64,000 nt of DNA, taken from NCBI GenBank assembly GCA_005768725.1, contig VAFM01000002.1, forward strand, positions 546,048 through 610,047. The letters are read 5' to 3'. Made by a program: the position numbers and the translations under genes. Below the pieces are notes generated by a model, which was given only the letters and a program-made list of their open reading frames with translations, was not told the origin of the DNA and did not search any database. The stretch is from Blastochloris viridis. GTDB lineage: Bacteria; Pseudomonadota; Alphaproteobacteria; UBA2136; UBA6156. Positions 10,521 to 20,708 of the stretch are shown here, piece by piece (the stretch's first letter is position 1; every line of letters starts with the position of its first letter).

Positions 10521-10954
10521 ATGAACGGTTGCCGCCCTTTTGGGCAGCTGTGTATGCGGCTTGTATGCTGAATAAAACAAGGCGATCCGGAAATCATAAA
10601 TATCCCAAAATCTGTAAGCGCCCACTGACGGCAGGAAATAGTGGCTGGAATGGCAAACCGAGGTTTTGTATGCATGCGCGGAAAGGAAACGCTTTGCGAA
10701 CAGGCACTTGTAAAGGTCCCGCCAATTGACATCCGGGGGGCAACAGATAGCATGCGGAGCGAGGCTACCTGGGGGGTGTCTCCTGTAAAGGCTTGGGAAA
10801 TGAAGACGAATACAATTTGTCTCAAAAGTCACACTCCCTTCCGTAGTTGAGTCGCGGGACGTTGACGGCCCCATGGTTGGAGTACACCCTGCATCCAACC
10901 GCAAGGTCGTACGGCTTGGCGGAACTATAGCAATAAAGAGATAGGGATAACGTA

Positions 10955-12043
10955 ATGAAAAAGACCCTTCTGGCAACGACGGCCCTCGCTTTCGTCGCCG
11001 CACATGCGTCCGCTGTGGACGTAGACCTGTACGGCCAAGTTAACAAGGGCCTGTTTGGTTACAACGATGGCCGCGGTACCGACTTTGTCGTATCCGACAA
11101 CGCTCTCAGCAGCTCGCGTCTGGGTGTCAAGGGTGCTCAAACCCTCGACAACGGTCTGACCGCCAGCGTGCTGTTCGAAGGCGAAATGGCCTCCAACGCC
11201 TCCGACGCTTTCACCCAATCCAGCGCGAACGGTTCCTCCGGTACCGCCACCACCCCGGCCAGCAGCGGTGCTGCCACCTTCTCCGAGCGTCAGGCTCGTG
11301 TCGGTCTGTCCGGTAACTTTGGTGGTGTTTACCTCGGTAAGCAAAGCACCGCTATCGACGGTGTTCTGACCCAAGACCTCGCTGGCGCCCAGGACGTTAT
11401 GTCGGCTGACTACGCCCGTATCGGCGGCGGTCTCAAACTGCGTCAAAGCAGCAATGACACCTTTGTCAACGCCGGTGGCACCACCATTGGCGACCTGACC
11501 AGCGATCTGGCCCAAAGCCGCGATGACAGCATCCGTTACGACAGCCCGATCTTTAACGGCTTCCAGGCCCGCGCAAGCGTAGCCCAGGGTGGCGACAGCG
11601 AAGGCTCCGTCTTCTACGATGGTGCTGTTGCTGGCCTGAAGGTTAAGAGCGCCGCCGGTGTACGCTTCAACAACAGCGACACCACCACCGCCGCTGGTAG
11701 CAACCCGAGCCGTGAATACGTTGCCAGCGTCAGCGCTGCCCACGACTCCGGCCTGGCTGGTACCCTCGGTTACACCAAACAAGATGGCGGCACGGACGCT
11801 GACGCTTGGTACGCCAAGGTTGGTTACGCCTGGGATGCCTACGAAGTGGCTGCCGACTACGGCAAGAGCAGCGACTTTGTGACCGATGGCAACAAGCTGA
11901 ACGCCTACGGTCTCGGTGCTCAGTACAACATGGGTAACGGCGTAAGCGTTGCTGGTCTGTACCGCAAGTACGATGCCGATGTAGTGGCGTCCAGCGCCTC
12001 TGACGTTGACCTGTACGGTGTCAACATGCGCGTTAAGTTCTAA
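10955..12043 (+). CDS. outer-membrane general porin (Gram-negative porin superfamily)
   Basis: Signal peptide MKKTLLATTALAFVAAHASA, alternating beta-strand pattern rich in G/S/T/D/N, C-terminal ...VNMRVKF ending in Phe. Confidence 0.8.
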   Translation: MKKTLLATTALAFVAAHASAVDVDLYGQVNKGLFGYNDGRGTDFVVSDNALSSSRLGVKGAQTLDNGLTASVLFEGEMASNASDAFTQSSANGSSGTATTPASSGAATFSERQARVGLSGNFGGVYLGKQSTAIDGVLTQDLAGAQDVMSADYARIGGGLKLRQSSNDTFVNAGGTTIGDLTSDLAQSRDDSIRYDSPIFNGFQARASVAQGGDSEGSVFYDGAVAGLKVKSAAGVRFNNSDTTTAAGSNPSREYVASVSAAHDSGLAGTLGYTKQDGGTDADAWYAKVGYAWDAYEVAADYGKSSDFVTDGNKLNAYGLGAQYNMGNGVSVAGLYRKYDADVVASSASDVDLYGVNMRVKF

Positions 12044-12062
12044 CCTGCGTTAGATCTGACTC

Positions 12063-12086
12063 AAAAGGCCCTTCGGGGCCTTTTTT
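12063..12086 (+). terminator. rho-independent terminator after the porin gene
   Basis: aaaaggcccttcggggcctttttt. Confidence 0.8.
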
Positions 12087-12205
12087 AGGGGCTTGGCGTG
12101 GCGATGCCGCGTGAGAGGGCGCGCTGGCTTGACAAACGGCGGAGGCGCCGCCACCATCCGCCTCATCCGTGCTCCCCAGAGAGCGCCAACAAGAAAGGCC
12201 AATCC

Positions 12206-12748
12206 ATGAAAGAAACGCCCATGTCCCGAACGTTCGCCGTCCCGTCCCGCCTGCTGGCGGCTGCCCTGTGTGCCAGTGTGCTGGTGGCGTGTGCGGGCGC
12301 CAAGGTAGAGGCGCCGGAAGCCAACCCGACCGATATGCCGAAGGGTCCGGGTCTGTTCTCAGGCGAGTCCGGCAATATTCTGGAAGCCTTCAAGCGCGAC
12401 AAGAACAACGCTGAAACCGGCGGTACCATCGGCGTCAATATCTACCTGTGGCGTGCGGCCTTGGAGAGCGTGGCCTTCATGCCTATCACCCAGGCCGACA
12501 GCAACGGTGGCGTGATCACCACCGACTGGTACACCAACCCATCCCAGCCGAACGAGCGTGTCCGCGCCAATGTGCTGATTCTCGGCAAGACCCTGCGTGC
12601 CGATGCTCTCAAGGTCGCGCTGTTCAAGCAGGTCCGCGTGGGCGATGCCTGGAAGGACGAAGCGGTCGCCCCTGCCACCGTTACCGCACTGGAAGACACG
12701 ATCCTCACCAAGGCTCGCGCCATCAAGGTGCAGACCCGCGGCAAATAG
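12206..12748 (+). CDS. DUF3576-like periplasmic lipoprotein
   Basis: Lipobox LVAC after a signal peptide. Conserved [35 protein letters not shown] region typical of the alphaproteobacterial DUF3576 family. Confidence 0.55.
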   Translation: MKETPMSRTFAVPSRLLAAALCASVLVACAGAKVEAPEANPTDMPKGPGLFSGESGNILEAFKRDKNNAETGGTIGVNIYLWRAALESVAFMPITQADSNGGVITTDWYTNPSQPNERVRANVLILGKTLRADALKVALFKQVRVGDAWKDEAVAPATVTALEDTILTKARAIKVQTRGK

Positions 12749-12759
12749 CGGAAATCATG

Positions 12760-12788
12760 AAAAAGAGGCTGAAAAGCCTCTTTTTTTA
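12760..12788 (+). terminator. rho-independent terminator
   Basis: aaaagaggctgaaaagcctctttttttat. Confidence 0.85.
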
Positions 12789-12810
12789 TGGCGCAAGCCC
12801 TGCTACAACT

Positions 12811-15366
12811 ATGCCCATGAATACAGCATCTCCTAAGTATACACCTGAATCTATCGAACCTAAATGGCAACACAACTGGTTCGCTTCCAACGTTTTCCGT
12901 GCCGAGGTAGATACCTCCAAGCCCAAGTACTACGTGCTGGAGATGCTGCCCTACCCGTCCGGTCAACTGCACATGGGCCACGTGCGCAACTACACGCTGG
13001 GCGATGTGCTGGCCCGCTACAAGCGCGCCCAGGGCTTTAACGTGATGCACCCGATGGGCTGGGACGCCTTCGGCCTGCCCGCCGAGAACGCGGCCATCAA
13101 GCGCAAGGTTCACCCCAAGGCGTGGACGCTGGCCAATATCGCCGAAATGAAGCGCACCATGCAGCAGTTCGGCTGGAGTTACGACTGGAGCAAGGAAGTG
13201 GCGACCTGCCTGCCGGAATACTACGGCCACCAGCAGGGACTGTTCATCAGTCTGTATGAGAAAGGTCTGGTCTACCGCAAGGAAACCTTTGTGAACTGGG
13301 ACCCCATCGACCAGACCGTGCTGGCGAATGAACAGGTGGTTGACGGCAAGGGCTGGCGCTCGGGCGCCCCGGTGGAGCGTCGCTCCATGCCGCAGTGGAT
13401 GTTGAAGATCACCCAGTACGCCGACGAATTGCTCGCCGACCTCGACCAGTTGCCCAACTGGCCGGAGCGCGTGCGCACCATGCAGGAGAACTGGATCGGC
13501 AAATCGCAGGGCCTGCAATTCAGCTTTGTCGTCAAAAACGGCGCTGAAACCCTGCCCGACACCCTTGATGTCTTCACGACGCGTCCGGACACCCTCTACG
13601 GCGCCACCTTCTGTGCGGTTGCCCCCGAGCACGCTCTGGCTGCCCAGACCGCTTTAAACGACGTTAAAGCGCAGGAATTCATCGCCGAAGCCGCAGCCCT
13701 CGGAACGGCACAGGAAACGATCGATAAAGCCGAGAAGAAGGGTTACAAGACCCCCTTCACCGCTGTTCACCCCCTCACCGGACAGGAGCTGCCGATCTTC
13801 ATCGCCAACTTCGTGCTGAGCACCTACGGCACCGGCGCCCTCATGGCGGTTCCGGCGCACGATGAACGCGACCACGCCTTCGCCATCAAGTACAATCTGC
13901 CGATTATCCCAGTCGTGGAAAGTGCCCAAGAACTTCCGTATACCGGCGACGGCGCCCACATCAACAGCCCGCTTATCAACGGCCAGAAGGTGGACGAAGC
14001 GAAAGCCACCATCATTGCGGCTGCCGAAAAGGGCGGCTGGGGGAAAGGCGTCACTCAATGGCGCCTGCGCGACTGGGGTATTTCCCGCCAGCGTTACTGG
14101 GGCTGTCCTATCCCCTTCATTCATTGCGAAAAATGCGGGGTTGTCCCTGTTCCCCGTGAATCACTGCCGGTGGAATTGCCCGAAGATGTCGACATTACCG
14201 GCTCCGGCAACCCGCTGGATACCCACCCGACCTGGAAGCACACCACCTGCCCGACCTGCAGCGGCAAAGCGGTGCGCGAAACCGACACCATGGACACCTT
14301 TGCCGACAGCAGCTGGTACTTCATGCGCTATCTGTGTCCGCAATCCCCGCAGCCGCTCGATAAAAAAGCGCTGGATTACTGGATGCCGGCCGGTAGCGGT
14401 GTCGACCAGTACATTGGCGGGATCGAACACGCCGTGCTCCACCTCCTCTACGCCCGCTTCTTCACCAAAGCTCTGCGCGATACCGGCCACGTCAGTTGCA
14501 CCGAGCCGTTCTCGGCCCTGCTCTGCCAAGGTATGGTTATCGGCAACAGTTACCAGAAGGCCGACGGCACCTACCTCTACCCCTCGCAGGTGGAGCAGAA
14601 GGACGGCAAGTGGGTGGAAAAAGCCACCGGCGAGGCCATCACTGTCAAACCGGCCGAAAAGATCAGCAAGAGTAAGAACAACGGCGACGCACCGGATGCC
14701 TTGGTCGAAAAGTATGGCGCCGACACACTCCGCCTCTTCATGCTCTTCACCGCCCCGCCGGAGCGCGACCTGGAATGGTCGGAAGCCGCCATCGAAGGCG
14801 CCTGGCGCTTCATCAACCGCGTCTGGGCGTTGGCCGAGAAAGTGGCGACGGTCTCCGGCTCGGGCGATGCCGCCACCGATAAGGCCCTCAACCGTAAGAT
14901 TCACCAGACCATCCGCAAAGTGACGTTCGATATTGAGCGTTTCCAGTACAACACCATGGTTGCCGCCTGTATGGAGCTGGCCAACGCACTGGCCGCTGCC
15001 GAAGGCAAGGCCTCTCCGGCCCTGTTCCGCGAAGGGGTGGAAGCACTGGTACGTCTGCTCAACCCGGCCGTGCCGCACGTCACTGAAGAACTCTGGCAAC
15101 TGCTGGGCCATGCCGAGCCGTTGCACGCCGCAAAGTGGCCGGTCTTCAGTGAAGAGGCCGCCAAGGAAGACGAGATCACTCTCATCGTGCAGGTCGACGG
15201 CAAGCTCCGTGCCCGTGTGACGCTCGCGGCGGATGTCTCTGAAGCCGACGCCCTCGCCGCCGCCCACGCAGCTGAAGACGCCAAACCGTGGCTGGAAGGT
15301 AAGATCATCGCCAAGCAGGTCTATGTGCCGGGCCGTCTGGTCAACATCGCCACTGTCAGCGCGTAA
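12811..15366 (+). CDS. leuS: leucine--tRNA ligase
   Basis: [15 protein letters not shown] (HIGH motif), [15 protein letters not shown] region KISKSKNNG, 852 aa from the ATG at 12811. Confidence 0.97.
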   Translation: MPMNTASPKYTPESIEPKWQHNWFASNVFRAEVDTSKPKYYVLEMLPYPSGQLHMGHVRNYTLGDVLARYKRAQGFNVMHPMGWDAFGLPAENAAIKRKVHPKAWTLANIAEMKRTMQQFGWSYDWSKEVATCLPEYYGHQQGLFISLYEKGLVYRKETFVNWDPIDQTVLANEQVVDGKGWRSGAPVERRSMPQWMLKITQYADELLADLDQLPNWPERVRTMQENWIGKSQGLQFSFVVKNGAETLPDTLDVFTTRPDTLYGATFCAVAPEHALAAQTALNDVKAQEFIAEAAALGTAQETIDKAEKKGYKTPFTAVHPLTGQELPIFIANFVLSTYGTGALMAVPAHDERDHAFAIKYNLPIIPVVESAQELPYTGDGAHINSPLINGQKVDEAKATIIAAAEKGGWGKGVTQWRLRDWGISRQRYWGCPIPFIHCEKCGVVPVPRESLPVELPEDVDITGSGNPLDTHPTWKHTTCPTCSGKAVRETDTMDTFADSSWYFMRYLCPQSPQPLDKKALDYWMPAGSGVDQYIGGIEHAVLHLLYARFFTKALRDTGHVSCTEPFSALLCQGMVIGNSYQKADGTYLYPSQVEQKDGKWVEKATGEAITVKPAEKISKSKNNGDAPDALVEKYGADTLRLFMLFTAPPERDLEWSEAAIEGAWRFINRVWALAEKVATVSGSGDAATDKALNRKIHQTIRKVTFDIERFQYNTMVAACMELANALAAAEGKASPALFREGVEALVRLLNPAVPHVTEELWQLLGHAEPLHAAKWPVFSEEAAKEDEITLIVQVDGKLRARVTLAADVSEADALAAAHAAEDAKPWLEGKIIAKQVYVPGRLVNIATVSA

Positions 15367-15471
15367 GGCTGAATAAAAGCAAAAGGCCGGAGGATGTGTG
15401 TTCTCCGGCCTTGTGCGTTATCTTTCAAAGTATACATATAACAGCCCTTGCCGACCGGCGTTGTGCCGCAT

Positions 15472-16062
15472 ATGCTGCCGCACATGAACGTCACCCCTGC
15501 CCTGCGCGCAAGCGCCCTGTCCCTTACGGTCTTTCTGGCATCCTGCGGCTACAGCCCGCTTTATGCGCCCGGCGAAGGCGCGTCGGCTGCCGCCGGCCGT
15601 GTGCAGGTGGGCGATGTCGCGGTCGCTCAGGGCGAGCGCCGCCCGGACAGCCGCATGGCGCAGAAGACCAAGACCGTTGGTATGCGCCGTACCGCCCAGA
15701 CCGTCGCGCAGGAGTTGAAGCTGAACTTCCCCCACAGTGGCGCCGAGATGGACACCCTGACCGTGTACATGGAAGAAGAAACCACCACTCTGGCCGTGCA
15801 GCGTACCGCCGCCATCCAGCGTGCTGAAATTTACCTGCGTGGCCAGATGGAACTGACCGACGCGGATGGCAAGACTCTGCTGAAGACGGGCCTGTCGACC
15901 AGCGCGCCCTATAACGTGGAAGATACCCCGTTCAGTACCGAATCCGGCAAGACCTACGCCCGCCTCACTGCCGCCCGTAATCTGGCTGCCGAGATCTCGC
16001 GCCGCGTGTACCTGTACTACAGCACCCGCCCGGATATCGGCGGTCCGGCTAAAACCAAGTAA
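15472..16062 (+). CDS. lptE: LPS-assembly lipoprotein LptE-like; start uncertain (TTG 15448, ATG 15472 or ATG 15484)
   Basis: Lipobox LTVFLASCGY. Position between leuS and holA matches the conserved leuS-lptE-holA gene order. Confidence 0.6.
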   Translation: MLPHMNVTPALRASALSLTVFLASCGYSPLYAPGEGASAAAGRVQVGDVAVAQGERRPDSRMAQKTKTVGMRRTAQTVAQELKLNFPHSGAEMDTLTVYMEEETTTLAVQRTAAIQRAEIYLRGQMELTDADGKTLLKTGLSTSAPYNVEDTPFSTESGKTYARLTAARNLAAEISRRVYLYYSTRPDIGGPAKTK

Positions 16063-16213
16063 TAGAGCTCGTTCAGAAGGGAGACATCGGGATGAATTTT
16101 TGGGATGCTGAGGATCGTGGAAGCGTAAACGTACATGAGGTACGTGCGAACCGCGAAAGCCGAGGCAGCACAAAAATCCGCCCGAGGGCGAACCTTTTGG
16201 GCGGGGTCTAACC

Positions 16214-17245
16214 ATGCCGGGTATTTACCCCAACCAACTGGCGCAAAACCTCAAGCCCCTGCCCCCGCTGGTGCTGCTGTGGGGCGAAGATGCCGGCGCG
16301 CTGCGTCAGGCTGCCCAGCAGGTCATCGCCGCTACCGGCGTCGATCTGAACGATCCCTTTGCGGCCGAAAAGATCACGTTGACCGACCTGCTCGCCTCGC
16401 CATCGCGCTTGGCCGACAGCGCCCAGACCATGAGTTTCACCAGCCCGCACCGCCTGATCTGGGTGCAGGGCATCTCCGGCGATGAATCCGGCGCGACCAT
16501 CACCGCTCTTACCCAATCGGTGAAAACCGCATTGGAGTTTCCGCTGGAGGCCGTCACCATTGTGCTGGCTGTGCCCCATGCGCTGGAGAAGACCTCCCCC
16601 ATTGTCAAAGCCATTGAAGGGCATTCTAAAGCCCTTGCGGTGCGTTTCTTTGTCGATAGCGCATCCGATATCAGCGGATTCCTTCGAACCGAATTTAACG
16701 CCGCCGGAGTGGCTGTAGAACCGGATGCCATCCAAATGATGGCATCCGGCTTGGGTGCCGACCGTGAACTGGCCCGCCGAGAAGTGGAAAAGCTGCTGGT
16801 GTATGCCGGAGATGAGTTGCCGATTACCGTCGCCCACGTTCAGGCCTGTCTGGCAGGTGCCATTCCTGCTGATGCGTTCCGTCTGGCCGAAGCGGTCGGT
16901 AGTCGTAACCGCACCGAAACCGACCGCCTGCTGCAGCACCTGATCCATCAGGGCGAAGATCTGACGCCCGCCTTCAGCCTTACCCTCAAACACCTGCAAA
17001 GTCTGAAAACGGCGCAGGCCATGAAAGCCCGTAACGAGCCGGAAGGCGAAATTCTCAAGGTCACCGGCAAATTCCGCGCGCCGCGCAATGTCCAGAATGA
17101 GTTCCTCAAGCAGGTGCAGGCCTATCCCCCTGCTCGTCTGGCGGGTCTGTCGGCTTACGCGACGGAAACCCTCTCCCAGGCCCGCTCCGGCCTGCTCGAT
17201 CCCACACTTGCGCTCTCCCGCGCCCTGCTGGGTCTCAGCGCCTAA
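16214..17245 (+). CDS. holA: DNA polymerase III delta subunit
   Basis: LVLLWGEDAGALRQAAQQV N-terminal region; 343 aa; conserved position after lptE. Confidence 0.8.
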   Translation: MPGIYPNQLAQNLKPLPPLVLLWGEDAGALRQAAQQVIAATGVDLNDPFAAEKITLTDLLASPSRLADSAQTMSFTSPHRLIWVQGISGDESGATITALTQSVKTALEFPLEAVTIVLAVPHALEKTSPIVKAIEGHSKALAVRFFVDSASDISGFLRTEFNAAGVAVEPDAIQMMASGLGADRELARREVEKLLVYAGDELPITVAHVQACLAGAIPADAFRLAEAVGSRNRTETDRLLQHLIHQGEDLTPAFSLTLKHLQSLKTAQAMKARNEPEGEILKVTGKFRAPRNVQNEFLKQVQAYPPARLAGLSAYATETLSQARSGLLDPTLALSRALLGLSA

Positions 17246-17252
17246 TACCTAT

Positions 17253-17281
17253 AAAAAAAACCGGCCAAAGCCGGTTTTTTT
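17253..17281. terminator. bidirectional rho-independent terminator (holA and convergent lpoA-like gene)
   Basis: aaaaaaaaccggccaaagccggtttttt, with A-run and T-run flanking the hairpin. Confidence 0.85.
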
Positions 17282-17287
17282 GGTCTC

Positions 17288-18907
17288 TTAACGTTGCCAG
17301 CGCCAGCCAGCGGCCCCATCCGGACGCAGATCCGTCGGTAACGTCAGCGGCAGTAAATTCAGTGCCGGTTTCTTGACTTCAAACTGTGTACCGATGCTCA
17401 CCACATCCAGTCCGCGCTCGGTTAAGCCATTGCTACCAAAACGGAAGTAGCCGCCGCTACCGTAATAGCCTTCCGGACGGGTTAGCAGTTCGCCTACCGG
17501 TTTGCCGGTGCGCTGCTTCTCTCCCGCAATATCCGCCAGAATCCGGGCGGCATCGTAGCCGGTCACGGCCAAGGCGGTGGCATCTTCGCCAAAGCTGGCC
17601 TTGTAGCTCTGCTCAAAGCGCTGCACCTTGGGAGCCGCCGCGAATACCGCGCCGCGCATACCGCTGTTGGTACGCAAGAGGTCATTATTCTGCCAGAGGC
17701 CCGTGCCCAGCAGCATCACAGTGGCGTTGTTCACACCGTAGTAGCTCAACTGCGCCTTGATCAGGGGCATCTTCGACGCAGGCGCCGGTACCAGTAACGC
17801 GTTGAAAGGCAAGGTGGACGATGTCGCCGAAGCACCGGTCAGCTGGCGGATGCTGGCGCCGATATCCGTCGCGTTCGGGTCAAAGTACGCCGTTCCGGTC
17901 ACAGTCGCGCCCTCGCGGCGGCCCTCATCGGCAAAGGCTTCCAGAGCTTCTGTGCTGTAATCCGTGCTGGGGGCCAAGACCGCCAGCTTGCGGTTGCCCT
18001 GCCGGATGGCTGCGCGTGCCGCCAGGCGGGCCTGCTCGCTCGGCAGGTAATTGAGTGCGTATACACCATGCCCCATTACACTTTTGTCATTGCTGAGGGC
18101 CAGAATCGGCGTGTTGCTGCCGTCAAAGGCTTCCGCGGTATCGCCTACGCCGTTGGCCAGCAGCGGGCCGACCACAATATCCACGCCCTGTTCGCGCAAT
18201 GCCTTGGCGGCAGTGGCCGTTTGGGCGCCGTCACCGCTGTCCTGCACAATCAGCTCTAAACGCGTACCGCGGCGGCCATCAAACTCACGCAGCCCCAATT
18301 GCAGCCCATGCAGAATGCTTGTCCCCACCTCCCCCAGTTGTCCGCTCAGCGGCAGAATCACACCTACCCGTAGTACCATGCTGGCCTGCTGGCCCTGGAA
18401 GGTATCGTAAGCGGCGCGCAAGCGCTCATAACGCGAGCGGTCCGGCTGATCGGTCAGGCGTTCATAGCTGTTGAGCCACGGGTTGGCAGTTGCAGTGCCT
18501 TTTTCGGCCAGAAAACGCTCGGCCAACTGCAAAGCCAGACGGCCGCGCAGATCGCCCACGGCCTGTCCCAGCGGGGTGGCGTCACGCAGGGTGCCGTCCA
18601 ATACTTTAAAGGCTTCCTCGTCTTCGCCTAGTTGGCTGAGCGCCAGAGCCAAACCATAGCGCGATTGTCCACGCACCACACTGTCAGCATTGTTTACCAA
18701 AGGCTTATAGGTCTCAATGGCGGCAAGCCAGCGGCGCTCGCGGAGCGCCAGCGCACCGGCTTCCAGACCACCGGTGCCGGAGGCCATGACCGGCTGGCTG
18801 GCCCCTACCACAGGCGCCTGAGCCACGGCGGGTTGACTGAAAAAACCGAGGCTTACCAAAAAGGTGGTTGCCAGAAGGGTAGGAGAAAGGGCTATGCTGC
18901 GCGTCAT
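17288..18907 (-). CDS. LpoA-like penicillin-binding-protein activator / periplasmic binding protein family, with TPR-like N-terminal part
   Basis: Signal peptide MTRSIALSPTLLATTFLVSLGFFSQPAVAQA, TPR-like helical region, then a type-1 periplasmic binding fold (leucine-binding-protein-like). Divergent neighbour is yraN, as in lpoA-yraN loci. Confidence 0.55.
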   Translation of the reverse strand: MTRSIALSPTLLATTFLVSLGFFSQPAVAQAPVVGASQPVMASGTGGLEAGALALRERRWLAAIETYKPLVNNADSVVRGQSRYGLALALSQLGEDEEAFKVLDGTLRDATPLGQAVGDLRGRLALQLAERFLAEKGTATANPWLNSYERLTDQPDRSRYERLRAAYDTFQGQQASMVLRVGVILPLSGQLGEVGTSILHGLQLGLREFDGRRGTRLELIVQDSGDGAQTATAAKALREQGVDIVVGPLLANGVGDTAEAFDGSNTPILALSNDKSVMGHGVYALNYLPSEQARLAARAAIRQGNRKLAVLAPSTDYSTEALEAFADEGRREGATVTGTAYFDPNATDIGASIRQLTGASATSSTLPFNALLVPAPASKMPLIKAQLSYYGVNNATVMLLGTGLWQNNDLLRTNSGMRGAVFAAAPKVQRFEQSYKASFGEDATALAVTGYDAARILADIAGEKQRTGKPVGELLTRPEGYYGSGGYFRFGSNGLTERGLDVVSIGTQFEVKKPALNLLPLTLPTDLRPDGAAGWRWQR

Positions 18908-18908
18908 G

Positions 18909-19277
18909 ATGCAAAGCCTACCCCTGCTCTCGCGGCTTGCCAAGCGCCTGCCGGTACATGTGCGTGGTGCGTTGGCCGAAAAAGCGGCGCTGGTAAGTTA
19001 CCTGATACGTGGCTTTACACCCCTCACCGTCTCGCAGCATCTGGCGCAGACCGACCTGACGCTGCGCCGTGGCAACTTGATTCTCTTGGTGGAAGTTAAA
19101 TACCGCACCACGCGCGAGCGTGGCCATCTGGCACTTACACCCGCTCAAAAGGCACGCCTTAACCGGCAGGCGCGCAGTGTCGCCGCTCGTTATCCAGCGT
19201 GTACGGTGCGTCTCGAGGTCTGTCTGCTCTTCCCGCATTGGCCGTTTCAGCAGCGTATACCGTTGCAGGATGCCTGA
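18909..19277 (+). CDS. yraN: YraN family (UPF0102) endonuclease
   Basis: GEDLAARY-like core; ...ILLVEVKYRTTRERGHLALTPAQKARL...; 120-135 aa. The ORF could start at 18864, overlapping the divergent lpoA-like start. Confidence 0.75.
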   Translation: MQSLPLLSRLAKRLPVHVRGALAEKAALVSYLIRGFTPLTVSQHLAQTDLTLRRGNLILLVEVKYRTTRERGHLALTPAQKARLNRQARSVAARYPACTVRLEVCLLFPHWPFQQRIPLQDA

Positions 19278-19320
19278 ATTCATCGCTGATAAACGCCAAG
19301 ACTTTTGTCGACACGCGTGG

Positions 19321-19350
19321 TTGACAGGTACCCGCCGCGTTTCCTACCAT
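19321..19350 (+). promoter_or_regulatory. sigma70-like promoter candidate for the BON-domain gene
   Basis: TTGACA, 18-nt spacer, TACCAT, ending ~24 nt upstream of the ATG at 19374. Confidence 0.4.
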
Positions 19351-19373
19351 CGGGTAACAAGAAAGTTTTCCCG

Positions 19374-20006
19374 ATGTTTGCCTCTCCCCTTCGCTCCACG
19401 GCCCTCGCCACCACGCTGGTTCTCTCTACGCTGTTGGGTGGGTGTGCGGCGCCGCTAATCATCGGTGGCGCGGCTACCGCCGGTTACGTGGGTCTGCAGA
19501 ACCGCACGACCCAGCAAATTGCGGCCGATACCGAGGTGAAGCTGCGCATCAAGGATGCCCTCACTCAGGCGCGCGGTAACTACTTTGTCGATGTTGGTAT
19601 TGATGTCTTTTACGGGAATGTCTTGCTGACCGGCGTCGTCCCCACGCAGGCGGAAGGCGAGCAGGTGCTGGATCTGGCTCGCCGCACGGTCGGCGTCCAG
19701 AAGGTGTATAACGAACTCTTTGTCGGCAGCGCCTATACCGCGGGCCAAAAAGCCAAGGATGCCTGGATATCGGCGCAGATTCAGCCGCGCCTGCTCGGTG
19801 CGAAGGATGCCTACCCGCTCAACTACCTCATCACAGTCGTGAATAATCACGTCTACATCATGGGAGACGCGCTGACGCAGGGCGAAAAGGATCACGTGTT
19901 GCACATCTTGCGGACCACGCGCGGTGTTCAGCAAGTGCATGATTATCTTGTGATAAAAGGTGTGAATCCCGATGATGACCGGGCCAATGTTGTCAAGCGC
20001 AACTAG
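19374..20006 (+). CDS. BON-domain periplasmic lipoprotein (YraP/OsmY-like)
   Basis: Signal plus LLGGCA lipobox, then two BON-like repeats (KLRIKDALTQARGN...VDVGIDVFYGNVLLTGVVPTQ and HVYIMGDALTQGEKD). Conserved yraN-BON neighbourhood. Confidence 0.75.
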   Translation: MFASPLRSTALATTLVLSTLLGGCAAPLIIGGAATAGYVGLQNRTTQQIAADTEVKLRIKDALTQARGNYFVDVGIDVFYGNVLLTGVVPTQAEGEQVLDLARRTVGVQKVYNELFVGSAYTAGQKAKDAWISAQIQPRLLGAKDAYPLNYLITVVNNHVYIMGDALTQGEKDHVLHILRTTRGVQQVHDYLVIKGVNPDDDRANVVKRN

Positions 20007-20708
20007 TTGCTAAGACCTCTGTCTCAGACGCCCTCTGGGCGTCTTTTTGATGCGTATGTGAAAAGTATGAACAGTCTCTGGCGGGATCTTTTTAAGCCTC
20101 TCTGCGTTACCCTGTAGCGAGAGCACTTCTTTAATATCAGTGAATTAACGTTCTTGAGGATCTCTCCATCTGCGTTTGTGGAACTCTGTGAATCATGTTG
20201 CATGTTTCTGTGAAACATAGCCCGATTCCACAGGGGCGACAGCTTCATGCTCATCACTTCAGGCGAAGCTGCCGAAACGGCGTTTCACAACTCCACAGTG
20301 CCGTGCACACAAAGTAAGCAAAGCGCGGAATAGGTCTTGCCTCAGACGTCAAGGGTGCCTAAAATGGCATCATACCCCTCGGAAGGGTCCCGAAAGTTTT
20401 TGCAACACGCGAAAACACCCTCAAAAACGCTTGAAAAGGCGTTTCACAAATTGTGTGAATTTCCAAAATCCGCGCTCACACACAGGTCTAATTTGTGAAT
20501 AAGCATTTACATAAAAGTTATTCTCATAAAATCAAAGGGGATAGCTAGGCTTCGTTGTGCGCCGCACAATAAAGTGTGAAAGCTCTGTAAAAGATGGCCT
20601 GAAACCGAAAAGATCTGCAATTTCAAGTCTTCATGTGTGACATGAAAAGCGCATTTTGCGTGATAATGTATGCACTCATGTAGGGTGTCATGAGGAGAGG
20701 GTGTGACG
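20007..20708. promoter_or_regulatory. 700-bp AT-rich non-coding region with multiple repeated motifs; candidate complex regulatory region or oriC
   Basis: No credible ORF. GCGTTTCACAA appears twice (20279, 20439), plus TGTGAAACAT, TGTGAATAA (8/9 match to DnaA box TGTGGATAA), TGTGGAACT, the near-palindrome TTCACAAATTGTGTGAA and several GATC sites. Lies ~10 kb from parAB/gidAB. Confidence 0.4.

Noticed and set aside
10925-11782. 285-aa minus-strand ORF antisense to the porin gene
   Set aside because: The porin on the + strand has signal peptide, beta-strand periodicity and C-terminal Phe; the antisense ORF is a Gly/Thr/Val-rich artefact.
12442-15267. Several long minus-strand ORFs (396 aa and 368 aa) antisense to leuS
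   Set aside because: leuS is recognised unambiguously on the + strand; the antisense ORFs are GC-frame artefacts with His/Gly/Arg-rich nonsense composition.
20024-20257. 77-aa minus-strand ORF inside the AT-rich intergenic region
   Set aside because: No RBS, atypical composition, and it lies in a repeat-rich non-coding region better explained as regulatory or origin DNA.
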